This document shows, one piece after another, positions 44,933 through 48,188 of a stretch of DNA of 48,188 nucleotides. Each line of letters starts with the position of its first letter. Position 1 is the stretch's first letter. Made by a program: the position numbers and the translations under genes. Under the pieces are notes generated by a model. It saw only the letters and a list, made by a program, of their open reading frames with translations, was not told where the DNA came from and ran no database searches. The stretch comes from an uncultured Bacillales bacterium (GTDB lineage Bacteria > Bacillota_I > Bacilli_A > RFN20 > CAG-826): positions 1-48,188 of the forward strand of contig CAMKQK010000003.1 in assembly GCA_946414915.1 (NCBI GenBank), given 5' to 3'.

Positions 44933-45814
44933 ATATTTATCTTTCCAACCATCAATGAATTTCTCGTCCCTGAGCATTCTGATTTCATCAGAGTAAGGGG
45001 CGTTTTCATTAATGTAAGGTGTTTCTAAGATCTTTGGAATATTCCTTAATAATGGGTGATTAGCGATTTTGCATAAGGCTTCAAAGCCGATTTCGCCATA
45101 TCCAATATTCTCATGACGGTCTTTATGAGCGCCTCTGATATTCTTAGAATCGTTAAGATGGACCACTAAAAGGCGGTTTAGACCAATGATTCTATCAAAC
45201 TCGGCTAATAACTCATCTGGATCGTTAACGTTGTAGCCAGCGTCATGTACGTGACATGTATCAAGACATACGCCTAAACGGTTTGTATACTTACATGTAT
45301 CGAGAATCTTTTTGACATCTTCAAAGCATGTTCCAATTTCAGAACCCTTGCCTGCCATAGTTTCTATGGCAATCATCACGTTAGTGCCGTCTTGAGAAAG
45401 AACGATGTCTAAGTTCTCAGCTAAAGTTTTGATGGCTTCTTCAGCACCTAAGCCTAAATGGTTACCTGGATGTAGGACAATCATCTTAGCGCCAAAGGCA
45501 GCTGTTCTTCTTAATTCATTAATTAATGTCTTATTGGTGAGTTCTAATAAATCAGGACGATTCTTATTCGCAGGATTGATAATATAAGGCGCATGGACGA
45601 CAATATGGTTTTCGTCAAAGCCTTGCTCCTTGAGCAAAGCACGTCCTTCTTCAATCTTTAATTCTTCTAATGGCTTACGATAAGAGTTTTGTGGAGCGCC
45701 AGTATAAAACATAAAAGCTGTAGCTCCATAGCTTAACGCTTCTTTAACGCTACCTAAATAATAATCAGGAGCGTTCATACCAACGTGAGAACCAATTAAT
45801 AAATCTTTAGCCAT
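44924..45814 (-). CDS. nfo: Endonuclease IV
   Basis: Metal-binding motifs HAPY, CLDTCH, VVHLND. Start moved to the ATG at 45814 (MAKDLLIGSH), just after the ppiB stop. Confidence 0.92.
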   Translation of the reverse strand: MAKDLLIGSHVGMNAPDYYLGSVKEALSYGATAFMFYTGAPQNSYRKPLEELKIEEGRALLKEQGFDENHIVVHAPYIINPANKNRPDLLELTNKTLINELRRTAAFGAKMIVLHPGNHLGLGAEEAIKTLAENLDIVLSQDGTNVMIAIETMAGKGSEIGTCFEDVKKILDTCKYTNRLGVCLDTCHVHDAGYNVNDPDELLAEFDRIIGLNRLLVVHLNDSKNIRGAHKDRHENIGYGEIGFEALCKIANHPLLRNIPKILETPYINENAPYSDEIRMLRDEKFIDGWKDKYLA

Positions 45815-45815
45815 A

Positions 45816-46292
45816 TTATTTCTCAATTCTAATATCTTTGATACTGACTGTTTCTAATGGTCTATCGTTTGGGCTCGTTCTCACTGATGCAATAGCATCA
45901 ACAACTTCAATACCTTTGGTAACGTGACCAAAAGCCGCATATTGACCATCTAAGAATTCACCATCTTTATGCATGATGAAGAATTGGCTACCAGCGGAAT
46001 CTGGATCCATAGCTCTCGCCATTGAGATAACACCTCTTTTATGACTGATTGGGTTATTAACTCCGTTAGCGGCAAATTCACCTTTAATGCAATAGCCAGG
46101 ACCGCCTGTGCCGTTTCCTTTTGGACAACCGCCTTGAATCATAAAGCCTTTGATGACTCTATGGAATGTTAATCCTTTATAAAAACCCTTATTTGCGAGC
46201 TTTATAAAGTTATCAACGGTAATAGGTGCAGCGTCTCTATCTAATTCGACTTCAATGGTGCCAAATTTGTTGATTTCAATAATTGCTTTCAT
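45816..46292 (-). CDS. ppiB: Cyclophilin-type peptidyl-prolyl isomerase
   Basis: [13 protein letters not shown] and SMARA...SQFFI motifs. 158 aa. Confidence 0.93.
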   Translation of the reverse strand: MKAIIEINKFGTIEVELDRDAAPITVDNFIKLANKGFYKGLTFHRVIKGFMIQGGCPKGNGTGGPGYCIKGEFAANGVNNPISHKRGVISMARAMDPDSAGSQFFIMHKDGEFLDGQYAAFGHVTKGIEVVDAIASVRTSPNDRPLETVSIKDIRIEK

Positions 46293-46340
46293 GTTTTGAT
46301 AATCTCCTTATATCAAAGATATATATTTACTAACTATTTA

Positions 46341-47114
46341 CTATAAAATTACTTCAGGCATTTCCTCATGATCCACCATTAAGACGTTCAATGTTGGGTC
46401 AATTTCAAGGAGTATTTTCTTCATTTGTGGCATGAAAATCTTCTCCACTTCGTGAGGAACATCTAAGTAATTGAAATACTCATTAACAATCGCGCGTCTT
46501 ACATGATGAGGAGCGTCACCTGATATATAAATGTCACAGCCTTCATCTCTAGCAATGAACCAGTCACGAGAACCGCCACCACCAATGATGCCGACTTTCT
46601 TAATATTTGCGTTGCCTTCATTGATCAATAAAGCATAATCAATGTCAAGTTTTGCTTTAGCAAATTTAGCAAATTCTTTAATTGGCATGGCCTTATCTAA
46701 TTCACCAATACGCATACAAAAGTCTTTTTCTTCTGGGCAGTAGACATTTTGTAAGCCTAAAGCTTCCGCTAAGGCGTCATTCATGCCATCTTTACCGCTA
46801 TCGAAGTTTGTATGCATGCTATAGACTGGAACACCTAGAGCGTCTATTTCGTTAGAAAGTTGTTCTTTAAGCTTATCCCATTTAAAAACCTTGGCTTTAG
46901 TGCCATAAATAAATGGATGGTGAGTAATGATTAAATCTGGTTTATTTTCCTTTATTAAAGGAAGAACTTGATAATCAAAGTCTAAACAGAGAAGGATATT
47001 GTGCACTTCTTCAGGTAATTTACCTGTCATAAGACCAACGTGGTCATGATAAAACTTCGCGTAGCGTTTTGGGAAACGTTTTGAAAGTTTTAAAAGGAGT
47101 TTCCTGGTGTTCAT
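46341..47114 (-). CDS. NIF3-family dinuclear-metal protein (YqfO-like)
   Basis: ITHHPFIY motif. sigA-trmK-yqfO synteny as in B. subtilis. Confidence 0.85.
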   Translation of the reverse strand: MNTRKLLLKLSKRFPKRYAKFYHDHVGLMTGKLPEEVHNILLCLDFDYQVLPLIKENKPDLIITHHPFIYGTKAKVFKWDKLKEQLSNEIDALGVPVYSMHTNFDSGKDGMNDALAEALGLQNVYCPEEKDFCMRIGELDKAMPIKEFAKFAKAKLDIDYALLINEGNANIKKVGIIGGGGSRDWFIARDEGCDIYISGDAPHHVRRAIVNEYFNYLDVPHEVEKIFMPQMKKILLEIDPTLNVLMVDHEEMPEVIL

Positions 47115-47773
47115 AGATATCTCTCCAACTTATGCTTTTCTGCGTTTAGAATATCGATTCTTGCTTGAGGGAGATTGCCACTAGCGATGATATTATCAAT
47201 CTCGCTAATGCGAGTTTGATATTTTTCTTTGAAAGTCGCAGATTTCTCTCTTCTTAAGATTGGCCCGAATTCTAAATCTTCTTCACCGATGATTGCTTGA
47301 TCCGCTCTTACGAACTTGATGATTTCATAGAAAATACCATCTTCTTTGACGATCTTTTCATCGGCAATAGCAAAACCCATCATGCAAATTTCTTTTCTTG
47401 CCATAGGCACTGCATTATGAGCGTCGATAATAATTGTTTGCACTCTGACTAATTTTTCAGGGTGCGCTTTTAAAATGTTAACGATGTTTAATCCACCCAT
47501 GCCTGCGATGACGATGGTTCCCACATCACGAGTGATGTCTTTAATTCCATCGCTAAAAAGGGGCGTAATCTTATCGTTGACGTGATATCTGATAAGATTA
47601 TTTCTTAATCTTTCAAATGGTCCTTCTTTGTTTTCAACAGCGTAGCCTTTTGTCACGATACCAGATTCCACTAAAGCAATCATGAGCTTACCATGATCGC
47701 TACCGATATCGGCCACCACTGATGCCGGGACCATATCATGAATGATACGCAAGCGTTTGGATAGTTTAATCAT
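47111..47773 (-). CDS. trmK: tRNA (adenine22-N1)-methyltransferase TrmK (YqfN)
   Basis: SAM-binding VADIGSDHG. Immediately downstream of sigA with 1-nt overlap. Confidence 0.85.
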   Translation of the reverse strand: MIKLSKRLRIIHDMVPASVVADIGSDHGKLMIALVESGIVTKGYAVENKEGPFERLRNNLIRYHVNDKITPLFSDGIKDITRDVGTIVIAGMGGLNIVNILKAHPEKLVRVQTIIIDAHNAVPMARKEICMMGFAIADEKIVKEDGIFYEIIKFVRADQAIIGEEDLEFGPILRREKSATFKEKYQTRISEIDNIIASGNLPQARIDILNAEKHKLERYL

Positions 47774-48188
47774 TAAATCTTTTCCTTATAGTCGCCTAAA
47801 CGTTTGGAACGCGTTGGGTGTCTGAGTTTCTTGATGGCTTTAGCTTCAATTTGACGAATTCTTTCACGAGTAACGCCGAATTCACGGCCGACTTCTTCAA
47901 GAGTTCTTGGTCTATTGTCGTCTAAACCATAACGGAGTCTAATGACTCTTTCTTCTCTATCGCTTAAATCTTTAAGGATGCTGTAGAGTTCTTCTTTTAA
48001 GAGTTGTCTGGTGGTGAAATCAACTGGTGATTCACTTTCCTTATCTTCGATAAAGTCACCTAAATGGGAATCGTCTTCTTCACCGATTGGTGTTTCTAAG
48101 GAGACAGGTTCCATCGCGATACGTTGAATTTCGCGAATACGTTTCGCGCTTAATTCACCGTTCATCGCTTCAGATATTTCTTCGGCTG
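47773..48188 (-). CDS. sigA: RNA polymerase sigma factor SigA/RpoD, C-terminal portion (5' end outside window)
   Basis: The frame stays open beyond the listed Met to the window edge. Region 3 ([23 protein letters not shown]) and region 4.2 ([23 protein letters not shown]). Confidence 0.95.
   Translation of the reverse strand, partial: AEEISEAMNGELSAKRIREIQRIAMEPVSLETPIGEEDDSHLGDFIEDKESESPVDFTTRQLLKEELYSILKDLSDREERVIRLRYGLDDNRPRTLEEVGREFGVTRERIRQIEAKAIKKLRHPTRSKRLGDYKEKI

Noticed and set aside
1-48188. Scan for CRISPR arrays, tRNA/rRNA genes, IS elements/transposases, integrases other than XerD, phage genes and restriction-modification or other known defence genes
   Set aside because: No regularly spaced repeats, cloverleaf-like or rRNA-like segments, or transposase/phage-like ORFs were found. 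Every ORF over 100 aa is accounted for by housekeeping families, except the lipoprotein and the MazF-like protein.

Overview
This is a 48.2-kb low-GC chromosomal segment made almost entirely of core housekeeping genes in Bacillus-like order. On the + strand: lon-engB, T-box-valS, radC, rplU-prp-rpmA-obg-nadE, ruvAB-secDF-recJ, rel-hisS-aspS, tkt, asp23-nusB-xseAB, dinB-xerD-deoB. On the - strand: nadD/yqeK-yhbY-yqeH-yqeG, parEC, yneF-efp, rpmG, nfo-ppiB-nif3-trmK-sigA. plsY and ispG lie on + among these. UGA is used as a stop codon and every ORF is intact under the standard code. folC, mreBCD and minCD are absent from their usual places between valS, radC and rplU. This fits a reduced or wall-less Firmicute/Tenericute lineage (Acholeplasma- or Erysipelotrichia-like), but that assignment is tentative. 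I see no rRNA, tRNA, CRISPR array, IS element, prophage or recognisable multi-gene defence island. The accessory-looking content is limited to three items: a lipoprotein plus heterodimeric ABC exporter inserted between recJ and rel, an orphan 212-aa MazF/PemK-like protein, and two ORF-free gaps (32.66-33.04 kb and 41.79-42.09 kb). The most interesting structure is at 32.8 kb. All ~30 CDS to its left are on + and 15 of 17 to its right are on -. At the switch there is a 28-bp sequence that closely matches dif (XerC/XerD site), followed 22 bp later by three DnaA-box-like 9-mers. A second dif-like site, with an identical XerD arm and a 1-nt shorter spacer, overlaps the promoter of an apparently leaderless dinB-xerD-deoB operon. 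I cannot demonstrate a new multi-gene system from the sequence alone. The best candidates for follow-up are the dif / dif-like / DnaA-box / MazF-like neighbourhood and the repeat-bearing gap at 41.8-42.1 kb.
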